A stretch of DNA of 64,000 bases from Methanotrichaceae archaeon (lineage in GTDB: Archaea > Halobacteriota > Methanosarcinia > Methanotrichales > Methanotrichaceae), in assembly GCA_963803145.1 (NCBI GenBank), contig CAWDLW010000008.1, positions 32,001-96,000 of the forward strand, written 5' to 3'. Shown piece by piece: positions 30,366 through 41,224 of this stretch. A model generated the notes under the pieces. The model saw nothing but the letters and a program-made list of their open reading frames with translations, ran no database searches and had not been told where the DNA came from. Every line of letters begins with the position of its first letter. Position 1 is the first letter of the stretch. Position numbers and translations under genes: made by a program.

Positions 30366-30782
30366 GTGCTCCACAGGATCACTTTTAGGGCTTTTGTTGC
30401 AGCGACGGAGGCTGAGGAGCGAGTATATAAAGCTCTCAGCATCTTCGTCCCCCTTGATAGCATAATTGCTACCGCTGCCAAAGGTCATTTCGATAATGAT
30501 ATCAAGATCCTTGAGGCTACCCTTAGGAAAAAAGACGGCTTAATCTTTTTTAGGATACTAAGAGAGCAGCTTCCTAGAGAGGATTTGCTGAGGTTGCGGA
30601 GAGAATTATCTGCCAGGGTTGATGATTCCTGCCATTTCCACCTGCGTCTGGACAAACAGGCTGCCTATAAGGGCCTGGTACACTTGACCGACTCCAAAGA
30701 TGCGATAGATGTCACAGCCTCCATTGCAACATATCCTGCAAATCGAGCGGAGGCCATGAGGCTCGCTGGAGAACTTTTATGA
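30366..30782 (+). CDS. Exosome-superoperon RNA-binding protein (DUF54-type)
   Basis: ATE...V..AL, GHF.N.I and LRLDKQAA motifs; conserved position between rpl15e and rnp3. Confidence 0.82.
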   Translation: MLHRITFRAFVAATEAEERVYKALSIFVPLDSIIATAAKGHFDNDIKILEATLRKKDGLIFFRILREQLPREDLLRLRRELSARVDDSCHFHLRLDKQAAYKGLVHLTDSKDAIDVTASIATYPANRAEAMRLAGELL

Positions 30783-31459
30783 GCTTCTACGAATGGGACA
30801 TTAAGGCTCTCCCAGAGGGCTCAGACTCAGTGAGCAGATTAGGCTTGGCTGCTAAGCATTTAGGCTATGATGGGATAATCATCTGTAACTTAGAGCCTAG
30901 AAACATCTTCAGGCCCGATGCTTCCAAGAAAATAAAAGGCATCAGCATATCATTTGGTGCTCGGGTGGTTGCGAATACTCCCAGATCCATGATAAATTGT
31001 GTCGAGAACTTACGTGCAAGATATCCATTCATTGCGGTCCATGGGGGCTCTAAGGAGATTAACCGTGCAGCTTGCGAAAATCCAAATGTAGATGTTCTGC
31101 TCCACCCAGAGGATGGAAAGTATATCCTTGAAATCTCATCAGCCAGGGCGGCAAAGCTCAACCAGGTGGCTATAGGCATTGATCTCAGCCCGTTAATTCG
31201 GCTCCGTAGCAGCAGCAGATCAAAATGGCTGGATATCCTCAGGCGTAACCTAGACCTCATCAGGAAGTTCGATCTTGATATTATGATAACTGCAGGGTGT
31301 AGATCGCATCTGGATCTCAGGGCGCCCCGTGATCTCTTGGCCCTTGCTGAGATTGCAGGCTTTGAGCCCTCGGAGGCCGAGAGAGCTATGTGCCTTCCTG
31401 CCAAAATTCTTGATCTAAATATGCGTAGCTGGGCCGGTCCCGGAGTGGAGCTTCTTTGA
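30779..31459 (+). CDS. rnp3: Ribonuclease P protein component 3 (Rpp30)
   Basis: VHGG...NRAACE...VDVL.HP and LRAPRDL motifs; superoperon context. Confidence 0.9.
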   Translation: MSFYEWDIKALPEGSDSVSRLGLAAKHLGYDGIIICNLEPRNIFRPDASKKIKGISISFGARVVANTPRSMINCVENLRARYPFIAVHGGSKEINRAACENPNVDVLLHPEDGKYILEISSARAAKLNQVAIGIDLSPLIRLRSSSRSKWLDILRRNLDLIRKFDLDIMITAGCRSHLDLRAPRDLLALAEIAGFEPSEAERAMCLPAKILDLNMRSWAGPGVELL

Positions 31460-32022
31460 GAAGCAGGCTGCCTGTTCTTCGCATGCGAAGGCGGTATTTG
31501 GCCTTTGAGCTTGATTCCGAGGAGGCAGTACTGCATAAGGAGCTGATGGTGGAGATATATTCATCTCAAGTATCTTTATTCGGGGATTTAGGATCCGCCC
31601 AAAACAGATTGCGGCTGATATCCTTCAACGGCAAATTTGGACTTCTACGCTGTAGCCACAAGCACATAACGGAGACGAGAGTAGTCCTGGCTACAATCTG
31701 TTCGATTGGTGGTATTAGAGCCGCTCTGCGAGTAAAAGGCGTCTCGGGCACCATCAAATCTGCTACAGAAAAGTATATACCGCAACTGAGCCAAATAAGT
31801 GCTGGACAGAACGGAAGAAGAATCGAGCTGGATGAAGTTTCTGGGTGTATTATTCACACCCATGGGCGCGGGATCGATCTTTATCCGGACGATCGCGACA
31901 CGACCAAAGGATCAGATACCAGATACCTGGGACTGACCTCTTTTGATTTATGTGGAGGACATGACGATGCAAATGGCACCCCAGATGGGTTACGACAGGG
32001 CCATAACGGTATTCAGCCCTGA
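31456..32022 (+). CDS. rnp2: Ribonuclease P protein component 2 (Pop5) with C-terminal extension
   Basis: RRRYLAF, SLFGD.G, GLLRC.H and GVSGTIK motifs. Confidence 0.88.
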   Translation: MRSRLPVLRMRRRYLAFELDSEEAVLHKELMVEIYSSQVSLFGDLGSAQNRLRLISFNGKFGLLRCSHKHITETRVVLATICSIGGIRAALRVKGVSGTIKSATEKYIPQLSQISAGQNGRRIELDEVSGCIIHTHGRGIDLYPDDRDTTKGSDTRYLGLTSFDLCGGHDDANGTPDGLRQGHNGIQP

Positions 32023-32737
32023 TGGAAGGCTCTTTCAGGTTGAATATGCCCGTGAGGCCGTAAGGCGGGGTACAACAGCCGTAGGGATAAAGGCTGTGGA
32101 TGGAGTGGCTGTGCTGGTGGATAAGAGGATAACCAGCAGGCTGATGGAACCTAAATCGATTGAGAAGATATTTCAGATTGATACGCATATAGGCGCGGCT
32201 ACCTCAGGGTTGGTGGCAGATGCACGTGTTCTAATAGATCGCGCCAGGGTGGAGAGCCAGATTAATAAGCTAATCTATGACGAGCCTATAGGTGTTGAGG
32301 CTCTTGCCAAGAAGATCTGCGATTTCAAGCAGCAATATACCCAATATGGTGGCGTTCGGCCTTTTGGAACGGCATTGCTCATAATCGGTGCAGAGGAAGA
32401 TAAGACACGCCTCTTCGAGACGGATCCAAGTGGAGCGCTTCTTGAGTATAAGGCAACAGGGATTGGTGCTGGCCGCTCTTCTGTAATGGAAGTCTTCGAG
32501 GAAAAGTATAGAGAAGATATCAATATGGATGCCGCCATAATCCTGGGCCTTGAGGCACTCAATAAGGCATCTGAGGGCAAGGTAGAGGCAGCGACTACTG
32601 AAATAGGCGTAATAAAGCTTGCGGATAGAAATTTCCATAAGTTAACTGAGAAGGAAGTCGCAGAATACGTTGAAAGGATGAAGGCGCTTGTGGAGATCAG
32701 CAAAGAAGGCAGCGAGGGCAAGAAAGGAGAATCCTAA
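31967..32737 (+). CDS. psmA: Proteasome alpha subunit
   Basis: [21 protein letters not shown] signature and GGVRPFG. Confidence 0.98.
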   Translation: MQMAPQMGYDRAITVFSPDGRLFQVEYAREAVRRGTTAVGIKAVDGVAVLVDKRITSRLMEPKSIEKIFQIDTHIGAATSGLVADARVLIDRARVESQINKLIYDEPIGVEALAKKICDFKQQYTQYGGVRPFGTALLIIGAEEDKTRLFETDPSGALLEYKATGIGAGRSSVMEVFEEKYREDINMDAAIILGLEALNKASEGKVEAATTEIGVIKLADRNFHKLTEKEVAEYVERMKALVEISKEGSEGKKGES

Positions 32738-32739
32738 GA

Positions 32740-33438
32740 ATGGTCAGACTGGATGATGCTGTTCCAGCTAGACTCAAAACTCATGGCATCACATTTGAGG
32801 TACTAGTCGATCCTGATGGCGCTCTTGCCCTGAAAAGAGGGGATGATATCAAGGTTGACGATATCCTGGCTGTAGAGGATGTTTTCGAGAATGCATCAAG
32901 GGGCGACCGTAGTGCAGAGGAGGACCTCAAAAAGGCATTCGGGACAACAGATCCCTTGGCCATAGCCGAGACCATAATTAAGAAGGGCGAGATTAGCCTA
33001 ACGGCAGAGCAGCGCAAGAAGTTCATAGAGAATAAGCGCAGACAGGTAATAGAGGTCATTGCCAGGAACGCTATCAATCCACAAACCAAAACGCCACATC
33101 CTCCAGCAAGGATAGAGCAGGCGATTACTGAGGCACGTGTCAACATAGATCCTGCCAAATCCGTGGATGAGCTGGTAAATATTGCTATGAAGGCCATACG
33201 TCCTCTGATACCGATAAGGTTTGAGGAGGTGGAGGTAGCTGTGAAGATACCAGCCACTTATGCACCCAAGGCATACGGCGAGATATCTGCCTTCGGCAAA
33301 GTGACCAGAGAGTCATGGCAGAATAACGGCTGCTGGATAGGCGTAGTAAAATTCCCGGCAGGAATGCAGGATGACTTCTATTCACTAGTAAACCGGCTGA
33401 CTAAAGGTGAGGCCGAGACGAAACTTCTTAAGCATTGA
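32740..33438 (+). CDS. Ribosome maturation factor SBDS/Sdo1
   Basis: FEVLVDP, FGTTD, IIKKGEI.LT.EQR and NPQTKTPHPP.RIE motifs. Confidence 0.95.
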   Translation: MVRLDDAVPARLKTHGITFEVLVDPDGALALKRGDDIKVDDILAVEDVFENASRGDRSAEEDLKKAFGTTDPLAIAETIIKKGEISLTAEQRKKFIENKRRQVIEVIARNAINPQTKTPHPPARIEQAITEARVNIDPAKSVDELVNIAMKAIRPLIPIRFEEVEVAVKIPATYAPKAYGEISAFGKVTRESWQNNGCWIGVVKFPAGMQDDFYSLVNRLTKGEAETKLLKH

Positions 33439-33457
33439 AGGATCTGGATAGGATCGC

Positions 33458-34123
33458 ATGGATCGCAAGGTGGTTATACCAGGTGATCTTCTCTCTGAGG
33501 ATGCAAAGAGTTCTGGCGAGGGGACGTTTGTAAAAGATGGACGAGTTTACTCCTTGCTATATGGCCTTGCGAACTACAGGGATAAGATAAATGTAATACC
33601 CCTGGCTGGGAAATATATTCCTATCTCCGGGGACAATATTATAGGTATAGTAAAGGACATAACCTTCTCAAACTGGATCGTGGACATAAACTCACCCTAT
33701 GATGGGCTGCTCCATATCTCAGAGTATCCGAAGCGGATCGACGCCGATGAGATGTCTAAACATTTGAGAGTAGGCAGTTCGATAATGACCCGCGTAAAGG
33801 ATGTGGACCCCACAATGAAGGTTGAGCTCACCCTGAATGATAGAAAACTAGGGCCTATCAAGACAGGTAGAATCATAGAGATAAGCCATACAAGAGTCCC
33901 AAGACTGATTGGGAAGGGTGGCTCCATGATCAGCATGCTGAAGAAGGAACTGGCTTGCAATATCTTCGTTGGACAGAATGGAAGGGTCTGGATCAGTGGG
34001 AATGCAGAGGATATGGATCTAGCTCTAAGAACCATTCTTCTAATAGAGAAGGAGGCCCATACCAACGGTCTGACGGATAGGATAGTCGAGTTCCTGAAGA
34101 ATGAGAAAGGGGCCCAAAGTTGA
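33458..34123 (+). CDS. rrp4: Exosome RNA-binding protein Rrp4
   Basis: [30 protein letters not shown] (KH) and VGQNGRVWI motifs. Confidence 0.95.
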   Translation: MDRKVVIPGDLLSEDAKSSGEGTFVKDGRVYSLLYGLANYRDKINVIPLAGKYIPISGDNIIGIVKDITFSNWIVDINSPYDGLLHISEYPKRIDADEMSKHLRVGSSIMTRVKDVDPTMKVELTLNDRKLGPIKTGRIIEISHTRVPRLIGKGGSMISMLKKELACNIFVGQNGRVWISGNAEDMDLALRTILLIEKEAHTNGLTDRIVEFLKNEKGAQS

Positions 34124-34875
34124 TCGCTATGGATGGAACTGATATATTATTCTTCAAAGATGGATTACGCCTAGACGGCCGCAGGGCGGATGAAGTTAGG
34201 CCCGTAAAGATAGAGGTAGGAGTCCTGGCGCGCGCAGATGGCTCTTGTTACATTGAAATGGGCGGAAACAAGGTTATAGCAGCGGTGTATGGACCTAGAG
34301 AGGTGCACCCAAGACATCTTCAAGAGGTGACCAGGGCGATTGTGCGATATAGATATAACATGGCATCTTTTTCTGTGGAAGAGAGAAAGCGTCCTGGGCC
34401 TGATCGAAGATCTTATGAGCTATCCAAAGTAAGTCGCGAGGCTCTGGAGCCTGTCATATTCACGTCATACTTCCCAAGATCTGTGATAGACGTCTTCGTC
34501 GAGGTTCTCCAGGCAGATGCAGGAACAAGGACTGCAGGGATTAATGCCGCTGCGGTGGCGCTCGCTGATGCCGGGATACCTATGAAGAGCATGATCAGCG
34601 CCTGTGCTGCAGGAAAAGTAGGCGACACGATTGTCCTTGATCCAATGAAGGAAGAGGACAACTTCGGCCAGGCGGATATGCCTATTGCCATGACTCCAAA
34701 TGGTGAGATTACACTTCTGCAAATGGATGGGCGAATGAGCCGGGATGAGTTTAGACAGGCCATGGAGATGGCGATGAGCGGGTGCAGACAGATTTACGAA
34801 CTTCAGAGAAAGAGCCTGGTGGATAAATATAGCCAGCTTGAGATTGAGCCGGTGCAGGAGGCCCAGACACTATGA
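34120..34875 (+). CDS. rrp41: Exosome exonuclease Rrp41
   Basis: RLDGR, ADGS, VYGPRE, YNMASFS.EERK and QADAGTR motifs. Confidence 0.96.
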   Translation: MIAMDGTDILFFKDGLRLDGRRADEVRPVKIEVGVLARADGSCYIEMGGNKVIAAVYGPREVHPRHLQEVTRAIVRYRYNMASFSVEERKRPGPDRRSYELSKVSREALEPVIFTSYFPRSVIDVFVEVLQADAGTRTAGINAAAVALADAGIPMKSMISACAAGKVGDTIVLDPMKEEDNFGQADMPIAMTPNGEITLLQMDGRMSRDEFRQAMEMAMSGCRQIYELQRKSLVDKYSQLEIEPVQEAQTL

Positions 34876-35648
34876 CCAATGTAATCTCGGAGCTTCGGAA
34901 GGATTATATTTACAACCTAACCCTTAAAGGAGAGCGCGCCGACGGCCGGAAGTTCGATGATTATAGAGAGATAGCCATCACAAAAGATGTGATCAGCAAG
35001 GCAGAAGGATCCGCCTTGGTTAAGCTAGGCTCAAGTCAGGTCATGGTCGGAATAAAGATGCAGCCAGGCGAGCCCTTCCCTGATGCGCCCAATCGTGGAG
35101 TAATAATAACTAACGCAGAGCTTGTTCCTCTTGCATCACCCACATTTGAACCAGGTCCACCGAATGAAGTTGGGATAGAGCTCGCGCGAGTCGTTGATCG
35201 CGGAGTTCGCGAGTCAAAAGCAGTTGACCTTGAGGCGCTCTGCATAGTTCCAGGAAAACAGGTGTGGATAATATTCATAGACGTGCATATCCTTGATGAT
35301 TGCGGGAATATACTGGATGCTTCAAGCCTGGGAGCGATAGCTGCTCTGCTGACGACTAAAGTTCCGGCGAGCAGATTCGGTCTGGGAGACGACTTCCCGC
35401 TGCCAGTAAGGGATATACCCATTGCCACAACTGCTATAGAGTTTAACGATGTCCTGATGTTCGATCCGGATGTCGATGAGGAATCGATAGCGAATACAAA
35501 ATTAACCGTGATCTCCACGGCGGAAGGAAACATATGCGGGATGCAAAAAAGCGGGACAGGAACTCTGAAGGCAGATCAGACCTACCGCATTGTTGATATA
35601 GCATGTGAGAAGGCTAAGGAGATCCGGGAGAAATTTCTGGAAGTATAG
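34872..35648 (+). CDS. rrp42: Exosome subunit Rrp42
   Basis: RADGR, AEGSA.VKLG, PFPD.P, FEPGPP and ARVVDRG.RE motifs. Confidence 0.96.
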   Translation: MTNVISELRKDYIYNLTLKGERADGRKFDDYREIAITKDVISKAEGSALVKLGSSQVMVGIKMQPGEPFPDAPNRGVIITNAELVPLASPTFEPGPPNEVGIELARVVDRGVRESKAVDLEALCIVPGKQVWIIFIDVHILDDCGNILDASSLGAIAALLTTKVPASRFGLGDDFPLPVRDIPIATTAIEFNDVLMFDPDVDEESIANTKLTVISTAEGNICGMQKSGTGTLKADQTYRIVDIACEKAKEIREKFLEV

Positions 35649-35651
35649 ATA

Positions 35652-35933
35652 ATGGTTAACCCAACTAGAAAAGGAAGGAAGAGCAGATCTGCAGCCCGGT
35701 TTGGTCCAAGGTACGGTCGCAAGTCGCGAAAGCTTGTAGCCGATATTGAGGAGAAGACCAAGGCTCATTATGATTGCCCGCAATGCGGAAGAACAAAGGT
35801 TCGAAGAATAAGCTCAGCAATCTGGAGCTGCGCCAAGTGCGGTTACACCTTTGCCGGAGGCACGTTTGTACCCGAGACTTCCCTAGGTCGATCTGCTATT
35901 CGGTCACTCAAGAGGAGCTTAGAGGTAGAGTAA
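35652..35933 (+). CDS. rpl37ae: 50S ribosomal protein L37Ae
   Basis: RFGPRYG and CPQC...IWSCAKCG..FAGG motifs. Confidence 0.95.
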   Translation: MVNPTRKGRKSRSAARFGPRYGRKSRKLVADIEEKTKAHYDCPQCGRTKVRRISSAIWSCAKCGYTFAGGTFVPETSLGRSAIRSLKRSLEVE

Positions 35934-35936
35934 AAG

Positions 35937-36074
35937 ATGGCCTACAAATGCACCAGATGCAAGAAGACCGTCGAGATTGATTACGAGTACAGCGGCATAC
36001 GGTGCCCTTATTGCGGTCATAGAATATTGATGAAGGAAAGGCCGACTACGGTCAAGAGGATGAAAGCTGTCTGA
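35937..36074 (+). CDS. rpoP: DNA-directed RNA polymerase subunit P (Rpo12), 45 aa, not in the ORF track
   Basis: Manual translation [45 protein letters not shown]. Confidence 0.95.
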   Translation: MAYKCTRCKKTVEIDYEYSGIRCPYCGHRILMKERPTTVKRMKAV

Positions 36075-36481
36075 TGAAGGTCACGACATCGAGGGACCCA
36101 TCCGCAAAATCCAGGAGGCTAGGAAAGATCCTAGCCAGGTTTCTTTCCATCCCTTACATCAATCGGGGTAAGCTTAGCCTCGATGATGATGAGGAGCCCT
36201 GGCTTGTTGTCGTGGAGGACCACGGCAACCCCACTGGGCTTGTCAAGCGCACCGCAATGGGTGAGGAACTTCTGGCATTTAAGCTTTCATCTGATCCAGA
36301 GACTAGGCAGTTCAAGAAGCTGATACCATCTGTTACAGGCTTAGCAGAGGATGCAAGTCCAATTGCTAGCTTTTTTGAACTGAAGTGGTCACCAGAGCCG
36401 ACGAGACGGTTTATAAATGTAGCACCTGGGCATGTTGATTTCATAAATGAAGGAGAGATCATTCTCAGGCTGAAGACATGA
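36074..36481 (+). CDS. Brix/Imp4-like ribosome biogenesis protein
   Basis: TTSR.PS...R and RGK.SL...GNP motifs; superoperon position. Confidence 0.8.
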   Translation: MKVTTSRDPSAKSRRLGKILARFLSIPYINRGKLSLDDDEEPWLVVVEDHGNPTGLVKRTAMGEELLAFKLSSDPETRQFKKLIPSVTGLAEDASPIASFFELKWSPEPTRRFINVAPGHVDFINEGEIILRLKT

Positions 36482-36705
36482 AGGGCTGTATAGAGCTTCT
36501 CTTCGAGATGGAGGAGCCTGAAAGGATATACCGAGCTCTAACCCCTGAGCTTGAGGATGAGCTTCATAGATCCAGTGTAAATCTGACATTCTGCGACGAT
36601 GGCATTGGACTTACGATGAAGGGTAGCGATATCTCCTCCCTAAGGGCAGCCCTGAACACATGGGTAAGATTGATCAAGATTGCATATGAGATGGTGAATA
36701 TATGA
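36478..36705 (+). CDS. pcc1: KEOPS complex subunit Pcc1
   Basis: IYRAL.PE...RS and D.SSLRAALNTW.RL motifs. Confidence 0.88.
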   Translation: MKGCIELLFEMEEPERIYRALTPELEDELHRSSVNLTFCDDGIGLTMKGSDISSLRAALNTWVRLIKIAYEMVNI

Positions 36706-37064
36706 GTGGTGAATTGCCCCCGCAAGTACAGAACCAGCTCGCTCAGCTCCAACAGCTCCAGCAGCAGGCACAGGCAGTAATGACCCAGAAGGGCCAAATA
36801 GAGGCTCTGACCAGGGAGATAGATGCCGCCTTGAAGGAGCTGGAAAAAAGCAGCGATGATGCGATTATATACAAGAGCGTTGGCGAGCTTCTTTTCAAAG
36901 CTGAAAAGGCAAAGCTTGTAGAGGAACTGAAAGAGAGAAAGGATATGATGGATCTCAGGCTGAAGACTATGGCCAAGCAAGAGGAGAGAATCCAGAGCAG
37001 GTTTACTCAGCTTCAGGACCAGCTTAAGCAGTCTCTCGGCCAGATGCCGCCGAAAGGCGGCTAA
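36702..37064 (+). CDS. pfdB: Prefoldin beta subunit
   Basis: LPPQVQNQLAQLQQLQQQ and IYKSVG motifs; coiled coil. Confidence 0.95.
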   Translation: MSGELPPQVQNQLAQLQQLQQQAQAVMTQKGQIEALTREIDAALKELEKSSDDAIIYKSVGELLFKAEKAKLVEELKERKDMMDLRLKTMAKQEERIQSRFTQLQDQLKQSLGQMPPKGG

Positions 37065-37188
37065 AATCCTAAAATCCTAAATTCAATAATAATCCATCCA
37101 ATAATCCGATTATAGGCGCTAAACTCAATAGCCGAATTATAGGCGCTAGATCCGAACGAAAGCCGGTTGAAAATCAATCATGTTCAGC

Positions 37189-37266
37189 GGGCCCGTGGCT
37201 TAGCCAGGATATAGCACCGGGCTTCTAACCCGGTGGTCGCGGGTTCGAGTCCCGCCGGGCCCGCCA
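37189..37266 (+). tRNA. tRNA-Arg (anticodon TCT), CCA encoded
   Basis: GGGCCCG/CGGGCCC acceptor stem, CCGGG-CTTCTAA-CCCGG anticodon arm, GGTTCGAGTCC T-loop, 3' GCCA. Confidence 0.97.
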
Positions 37267-37317
37267 TAAGATTTTAAGGTAATAATAACTAATAATTATA
37301 AACGATAAAGAGGAGAT

Positions 37318-37506
37318 ATGTGCGAGCTAACGGTCTATACTGTGAGTGGCGTTAAACGTGAGAAGGTTATGGAAAGTGTCGTAAGGCTCCTTTCCCGCGA
37401 TGGAAAGGTGCTGCTCGAAGGAATTCTAGGCGATTCCATGGAGATAACTGGCAAACTCGTGGATGTTGACATCATCGCCCAGGAAGCGAGTATCGTCGTG
37501 GCATAG
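37318..37506 (+). CDS. CooT-family nickel-binding / small Sm-like protein
   Basis: MCE start, VMESV, LLEGILG and VDVD pattern; 62 aa. Confidence 0.75.
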   Translation: MCELTVYTVSGVKREKVMESVVRLLSRDGKVLLEGILGDSMEITGKLVDVDIIAQEASIVVA

Positions 37507-37759
37507 GCATAAGATAGCCTATGTTTATTATTAATCGATCCATAAAATATAAATTTACTATTGGATATCCATAATCCGATATTTCAGTCGGGGCAAAATA
37601 GCATAGCAGGCTGGATTCAATTTCACTTCATTTTCTTTTAAACAGAAGCTCTCTCGCCTGAAGCCTGAAAGTTGACCCATTTTTTGGGGATCAATAGGAA
37701 GTTAAAAATTGAAAAGCATCTGGCCATACGGCTAATACGCCAGGCCATAGCAACTGGGC

Positions 37760-38203
37760 TCAGATCGGTTGGGCCTGATCTGCAGGATAAATGACATGCC
37801 AGACGCCATCAATGCCATCACCATTTGTGTCCCCTGGATGTCTATCCTTGCTATAGAGATAGAGCGGCCAGTTCTTGAAAGTGGTCTGCTTGCTGCCGTC
37901 TGTTCGAGTTATCACTCCAAAATCCGTCGAGTCCAGACCATCAGGTAACGAAACATCTGCAGCATAGAAAGGATGCCATAGGGCAGCACATTCGCCATAG
38001 CATGTGCTGGCATCGAGTTCGGCGGAATCATTCTGGAGGTAGTAGAGTGTGAAACCGCTTTGGTTGACAAGATATGTACCCGTGAACTTATTGGTGGTCG
38101 TCTTTATTGTGTAGCCTTCAGCCCAAGCTAGGGATGAGATAGAAATGAGTGAGAGGACTAGAAGGAAGATTATAAAGCTATTATCTTTTGACAAAGGATT
38201 CAC
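37760..38203 (-). CDS. Secreted repeat protein with Yx(FWY)xxD motifs (COG4315-like)
   Basis: GFTLYY...D, CYGECAALW and WPLYLY..D..PGDTNGDG..GVW motifs. Confidence 0.82.
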   Translation of the reverse strand: MNPLSKDNSFIIFLLVLSLISISSLAWAEGYTIKTTTNKFTGTYLVNQSGFTLYYLQNDSAELDASTCYGECAALWHPFYAADVSLPDGLDSTDFGVITRTDGSKQTTFKNWPLYLYSKDRHPGDTNGDGIDGVWHVIYPADQAQPI

Positions 38204-38385
38204 CTCTGCTTTTCAATGGTGGGATTGGTTAAAAAGGGTTTGCCTGACATCCATCATTGGATCTTGGGCTACTGTAAACGAAGTCTGAGATCAACTGATA
38301 ATAGAGTACGCTATTAAAGTACGGTATTAAGGCTATTTACATGGACCAAAAAGCTTTATGGGCTTAACGTAGTAAAGAGCCAACT

Positions 38386-38937
38386 ATGATATCGAGAAAG
38401 GCAATTTGCGTACTATTCATATCTCTAATGCTCACTGCCATATTAGGCAGTGTGGCTCAGGAGATGACAAGTTCGCTATCTGTGCCCACCAAGAACCTGC
38501 CCGAGGGATTCAAGCTAGCGGCAGTCGAGACTAAATTTACCAAGGGCATAAACATGACCGATGAGATCGAGGACTTTTATGGAGCAAAGGATATTGGCGT
38601 GGTCAACGCCACCCTCGGGAGATACTGGTGGGGCGACCCAGGTACAACTTATGTATCCAAGATTACTCTGATATCCACCAGTGATGAGGAACATGCTCAG
38701 GCTGCGATGTCAAATTACGTATCCCAGCCCGACTTCCAGATGCCGCCGTACAAGGGAATTCCCCGCTTTAGCTATGCACTTGTGAACGGCCACAATACAA
38801 CAGAGATTAGGGATGCAGTTGGCGATAACAGCCTGAGGTATCTATATCTCTGGAATAAGGGAAATATTGTTGTTCTGGTAGAGGGCAATGGAGATAGGAG
38901 CAAGAGCCTGGAGCTTGCGAGCGCCACTGGGCTCTGA
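38386..38937 (+). CDS. Secreted hypothetical protein
   Basis: Signal peptide, LPEGF motif, clean ORF. Confidence 0.7.
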   Translation: MISRKAICVLFISLMLTAILGSVAQEMTSSLSVPTKNLPEGFKLAAVETKFTKGINMTDEIEDFYGAKDIGVVNATLGRYWWGDPGTTYVSKITLISTSDEEHAQAAMSNYVSQPDFQMPPYKGIPRFSYALVNGHNTTEIRDAVGDNSLRYLYLWNKGNIVVLVEGNGDRSKSLELASATGL

Positions 38938-38987
38938 GCTTTAATTTTTAAAGAATACAAGAAAAATATTAGGCAGACTTCTCCAGC

Positions 38988-40025
38988 CTATCGTTTTCCG
39001 TAACTAAGATTCAGTTCCCCGTCACTCCAATCATAAACAGGATAAGTCTTGCGCTTATGCCCGGAATCCTTCAAAGCCTGGACAACGATTGGAACTGTGA
39101 CTGTCGCATCTGAGAATACCTGGACCTTGCTCGCCTCGCTTTTCACCTTGCCCCATGAGACCGCCTCCTCAAAGGTGCAGCCTGACAGTCCTCCCCAGTG
39201 GGGAGCATCTGTGGTATACTGCAGAGCATAGCTGTGGCCGCCGGAGTAAACGCCTATCAGCTCGGCTATGACCTCTGTCTGCTGGATGAAGTTCTTGGGA
39301 ACTCCGCCGCCGATGTATATCACGCCAGTCTTAGATGACTTCTCGACAATCTGCGTTATCTCATCAACGTCTTTGATCTGGTCAACCATGACCTTGTGGC
39401 CATCGCGATACGCCATGACCATTCCTATTCCTATCGAGCTGTCCCCCAGCGCGGGCACGAAGATCGGCACTCCGGCTTTGTGAGCCGCCCCAAGGATTGT
39501 GGTCTCAGGAAGTCCCTCGCCGATCATGTACATCAGCTCCCTAGAGGAGTATCTCTTATCTGCGCTCAGCCCTTTAACGAAGTTGGATATGTGCATGTCA
39601 GCCTTGTGGAGCTCTATCTCAGAGACAAACACATCGTAGATCCTATCTATCTTGCACTCGTTGAGGTAGGCATCGTCCGCACATGCGGAGCCGCGATAGT
39701 GCACAATCCCCAGGCCCTCGCATAAATCGTGGAAGAGGTTCGCGCCGGTGCTGACAAGGCAGTCGATCATTCTCTCGCTGATGAGATATGCTATGAACTC
39801 TCCAAGCCCTGCAGGGACCATTGCGCCTGCCAGGCCGAGGAAGATAGTGACCTCCTCGTCCAGCATGTGCTCCCAGATTCTCATGGACTGGCCAAGCTGT
39901 CCGCCCTGAAATCCCATCTTGCCCATATCCCTTACCAGATCTGACACTCCCCGGGCCCTAACGGGGATAGTTGTCCTTACCTTATCGCCATCGCAGGTGA
40001 AGCCATGATCTTGACCATGATCCAT
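38988..40025 (-). CDS. dys: Deoxyhypusine synthase
   Basis: LAGAMVPAG, STGAN..HD, DRIYD, DSSIG, IGGGVPKNF and GGLSG.TFEEAVSWGK motifs. Confidence 0.94.
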   Translation of the reverse strand: MDHGQDHGFTCDGDKVRTTIPVRARGVSDLVRDMGKMGFQGGQLGQSMRIWEHMLDEEVTIFLGLAGAMVPAGLGEFIAYLISERMIDCLVSTGANLFHDLCEGLGIVHYRGSACADDAYLNECKIDRIYDVFVSEIELHKADMHISNFVKGLSADKRYSSRELMYMIGEGLPETTILGAAHKAGVPIFVPALGDSSIGIGMVMAYRDGHKVMVDQIKDVDEITQIVEKSSKTGVIYIGGGVPKNFIQQTEVIAELIGVYSGGHSYALQYTTDAPHWGGLSGCTFEEAVSWGKVKSEASKVQVFSDATVTVPIVVQALKDSGHKRKTYPVYDWSDGELNLSYGKR

Positions 40026-40342
40026 GTGATCCCTCAAATCAGTCTTAAGCAGGGCAGAATGCTTTTAAGATTATCTTTCTTCCGCTTCTCTGCCGATATG
40101 TGTACCGGTTCTTGGAGAGAAAAAACGAAGATTGCGCGAAGGCTGATGTCTGGCTGATCCCAACGATCCCAACGATCCTAGGCTGATTCTATAGTGATTC
40201 TGTAATCCTTCCCAGTAAAATCGAAAATGCCATTGAACCAAGAGTGCTCCAATGCTCTTAGTGTTTCTCCCAGCCATCATTGGCAGCTCTTATTTTGCTA
40301 CCTTTGCAGCCTTTTAGGATAATCCCATTAATCTCGTCGGCT

Positions 40343-40750
40343 TTACGTAGGCGTATCTTTTTTATCGGTGTTTTCTTCGGAGCATTCTTGGCTTGCCCTA
40401 ATTAAAATCATCCTATCCTCTTGTAGGGTAATATTAACTGGGGCTATCATAAGCCCTTCCATTTCGCTATCCGACTCAATAGCGTCTGCAATAGCCCTTA
40501 AAGATTGGATTATATCCTCTTTAGCTAAACCAGCAGGAACAACGGCCTGGACGTTCGAGTTTTCCGTACATATGATAACTCCGGGCATGCATGGGGATCC
40601 TCCTGCAATCACTTCTCCTGTATCGGCGTTGTAGATAGTGGCTGGCACTTTGCATTTTCCGCAAACAACCGTATTGTTATTGACTTCGCTTTCGTCCACA
40701 TCTTTCTCCAAATAATCATTACAGCCGGGGCATACTATTCTTATCTTCAT
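40343..40750 (-). CDS. Hypothetical Zn-ribbon protein
   Basis: CPGC...CGKC pair; GGAGATG RBS-like sequence upstream. Confidence 0.6.
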   Translation of the reverse strand: MKIRIVCPGCNDYLEKDVDESEVNNNTVVCGKCKVPATIYNADTGEVIAGGSPCMPGVIICTENSNVQAVVPAGLAKEDIIQSLRAIADAIESDSEMEGLMIAPVNITLQEDRMILIRASQECSEENTDKKDTPT

Positions 40751-40932
40751 TTCAATTCATCTCCTGCACTAATCATCGTACCACTCATGGCATTTAAACT
40801 GACCTTACCTTATCTTGTTTGCAGTTACTTATGGTGAGGATATATGCCATGGTATTGGCACACGATGCCTTGTTTCTTGTTATCTCTCACTATTTGCAGC
40901 CCGCCTAGTTTGCCATTATTGGTACACTAATG

Positions 40933-41118
40933 TTAACCTCCTTTCCATGCTTTAATTAAGGTATCTGCATTTGTCTTTTCGCTCACTGTCTCTATGACAC
41001 TCCTACCGCCTTCGATATAGGAGATTACCGAACCATCTTTCACAGCAATCTTTTCCTTGCTGTTTTCATCGATGATATTCCAGCCATCTTGAACTCTCTC
41101 CACTGAATATATACTCAT
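40933..41118 (-). CDS. Small hypothetical protein
   Basis: 61-aa ORF with ordinary composition. Confidence 0.5.
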   Translation of the reverse strand: MSIYSVERVQDGWNIIDENSKEKIAVKDGSVISYIEGGRSVIETVSEKTNADTLIKAWKGG

Positions 41119-41224
41119 ATCTTAGATCCTCAATTGCGGTATATGCGCTAGTTATCTCCATTCTTGGCTCTTTCTTATGAATATAGCTATAGGAGATGAT
41201 GGCCTTATATGAATGGGGGGGGGG

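Noticed and set aside
29703-36980. Long antisense ORFs over the superoperon (for example 29703-30488 and 30865-31536)
   Set aside because: They fully overlap well-conserved housekeeping genes on the opposite strand and show no motifs.
37065-37150. Short repeats (TAAAATCC x2; ATTATAGGCGCTA x2) before tRNA-Arg as att sites or an array
   Set aside because: Only two copies each, with no tRNA similarity and no integrase; probably local duplications.
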